Positions 24,901 through 25,490 of a DNA stretch of 25,490 bases are shown here, one piece after another. Under the pieces are notes generated by a model, which saw only the letters and a list, made by a program, of their open reading frames with translations, had not been told where the DNA came from and ran no database searches. Each line of letters begins with the position of its first letter. Position 1 is the stretch's first letter. The DNA comes from Myxococcota bacterium (GTDB lineage Bacteria > Myxococcota_A > UBA796 > SXON01), in NCBI GenBank assembly GCA_040386535.1, contig JAZKFH010000070.1, positions 1 to 25,490 on the forward strand, written 5' to 3'. A program made the translations under genes and the position numbers.

Positions 24901-25284
24901 GAGGTCCTCGTCGACCTCGTCGCCGCTCTCCGCGAACTGCGCTCGCGCCACCGTGCCGCCGAGGCCGCACCGCGCGTCGGCGCCGAGCTGCACGAGCCCC
25001 TTCTGCATCTTGGCGGCGGTGAAGTTCTTGGTCGACAGCTTCTTGTCGAGCGCGAAGGTGGGGCGTCCGTCCTCGTCGGAGACCTTGCCGACCCAGATCT
25101 GCGACTTCTCGGTCAGGCTGAAGTCGGCCTGCTTGAGCTTCGCGACGAACAGCTCCTTCGTGAGCGGGCGAATGTCCAGGTAGAAGACGGGCTGTTTTCC
25201 GTTCGGGCTGTAGCCGAAGTACAGGTTCTTCATCTTGCGGGTGGGCCAGACGGTCTTGAGCTTGCTCGCGAGGGCGTCGTTCAT
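21928..25284 (-). CDS. Large hypothetical protein (1118 aa): basic N-terminal domain, long coiled coil, C-terminal hydrophobic/amphipathic helices
   Basis: TACCAT -10, GGAGG RBS (25291-25295) and ATG 25284; strong GC3 bias; E/K/A/L-rich heptad region; no signal peptide. Confidence 0.85.
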   Translation of the reverse strand: MNDALASKLKTVWPTRKMKNLYFGYSPNGKQPVFYLDIRPLTKELFVAKLKQADFSLTEKSQIWVGKVSDEDGRPTFALDKKLSTKNFTAAKMQKGLVQLGADARCGLGGTVARAQFAESGDEVDEDLANVENFVAPVEPDDAPKVDVAPVDQEELARSYSTWTEASAKQLVDLGKVGKTASSTLKTFDTQTLPELELKLERREIEHSEMRRMVGADKDKVELGEENAKMRTRIKALKGLRTLIEKHKESFVSALGVASDKRDQSIVEYDLAPSPQSLAKANGRLEGALVRIGDHQERMEGTLAQLEELVTATTLGMDPEPKPTTTPKTYGERVQKDHKRASALKHESEAELRDAKDLRKGARTKLETAETGRREVETRLEHAVAEIEALAGARDKVGTARKDLGKVDATLEKAATIARLLQVKIDALLAKGEAGLSGEELQTLSTYIDQLKVVSERERTLGAEAKLARKALDDAKKELDDNIALVAVENPELKELLGTVEDARVAATKAEAGMMDAEKGVQRRDAEVASRAEIERVAELTEAALAYKANSRIFKMLAQLDLDMSLTTFMKSKAHDEISSALTTFFTDYTIELGRLGATEALEHLFADVPRVLRPEAVDEYGKGFRELERLFLDEDAEAIEEKAKQKDASRKAWGAVSSVVDPVVAVGSKVELVLTGLSAVLPESGGKAEVKIAKTAVTIALLAIASTQKLGDGLAEEETVDPVLQRMQDQQIVEALFALHDAGINIAAQFVPGLSTAKGGLDMLRGMVEAADRFTRGFEDGELAEEAKRVQSALRGALEQSEKRENKLGGKATVDAFGSALSLTGGLITLGGISAPAGVVVDVAGKVVKVGATVVVKVDDWRIAARALELLDGARRGWADEQRELFQYHPKYAKGLLALAAKNRDPIAMRYLQTRGLTEEEVERSTASIIRMFLLSEAGKETDAPKRFTDEIMGVVNTLKSVGAKLLKGLEFIDAHALRVKGTLEKIGEWILGNTAAGKIAAVANAEQVALPLADIRTAITTVQNARALLVEVADVDGVDPGLIRDLQREIETCEATLDEIQGPVLVYVQALQTGERELAAVVEQALLTKHAQTLLAALGRRRKEQVTLLREIAAAA

Positions 25285-25428
25285 GGGAAGCCTCCGGGCG
25301 CGATGGTACAGCTTCCTGGGACGACTGGATCCGGCGTGAGCCGTTTTCGTTGGATCGGCGGCTTGCACGTCCGGATCAAAAAACGTGCGTGGCGACGAAC
25401 GGGGGCAGTCGAGCTGCGGGTCCAGGGG

Positions 25429-25490
<62 letters not shown>

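Noticed and set aside
914..25183. Many long overlapping ORFs (e.g. 10973-13432 -, 17248-20406 +, 22370-24970 -, 14200-15840 +)
   Set aside because: Arg/Pro/Gly-rich or antisense shadow frames expected at this GC content; they overlap well-supported genes and have no motifs.
21928..25284. SMC/Rad50 ATPase, chemoreceptor or phage tape-measure protein
   Set aside because: No Walker A/B motifs, no MCP hairpin signature and no phage genes nearby.

Overview
Very GC-rich bacterial chromosomal segment; an uncultured Myxococcota-like origin is inferred from composition and protein style only. It holds about 18 real CDSs; most of the ORF track is shadow ORFs. Left to right: (1) a leaderless, probably autoregulated TetR gene; (2) a minus-strand cluster encoding a 5'-nucleotidase-C-domain protein, an ABC-2 permease, an EF-hand/choice-of-anchor-X membrane protein and two paralogous sulfatase-fold lipoproteins with a non-canonical NES-x-x-SH active-site motif; (3) an intergenic REP/BIME-like palindromic repeat cluster; (4) a winged-helix-STAND-ATPase-TPR regulator, followed by a 4x11-bp direct-repeat box and an astacin-like metalloprotease fused to a 7-blade FG-GAP propeller; (5) a membrane-anchored TPR-like protein and a lone DrrA-type ABC ATPase; (6) an acidic Cys-rich lipoprotein and three CRTAC1/ASPIC-UnbV FG-GAP lipoproteins surrounding an SdpA-like/HTTM (vitamin K-dependent carboxylase-like) gene pair; (7) a 1118-aa coiled-coil protein with hydrophobic hairpins that may be an effector or pore-former, then a 7-bp tandem repeat running off the window end. 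The best candidates for undescribed biology are the HTTM pair among acidic, Cys-patterned lipoproteins, the STAND regulator/operator/protease module, ultra-short lipoprotein signals with a probable CTG start, and the non-canonical sulfatase pair. Family assignments come from motif recognition by eye; no database searches were run.
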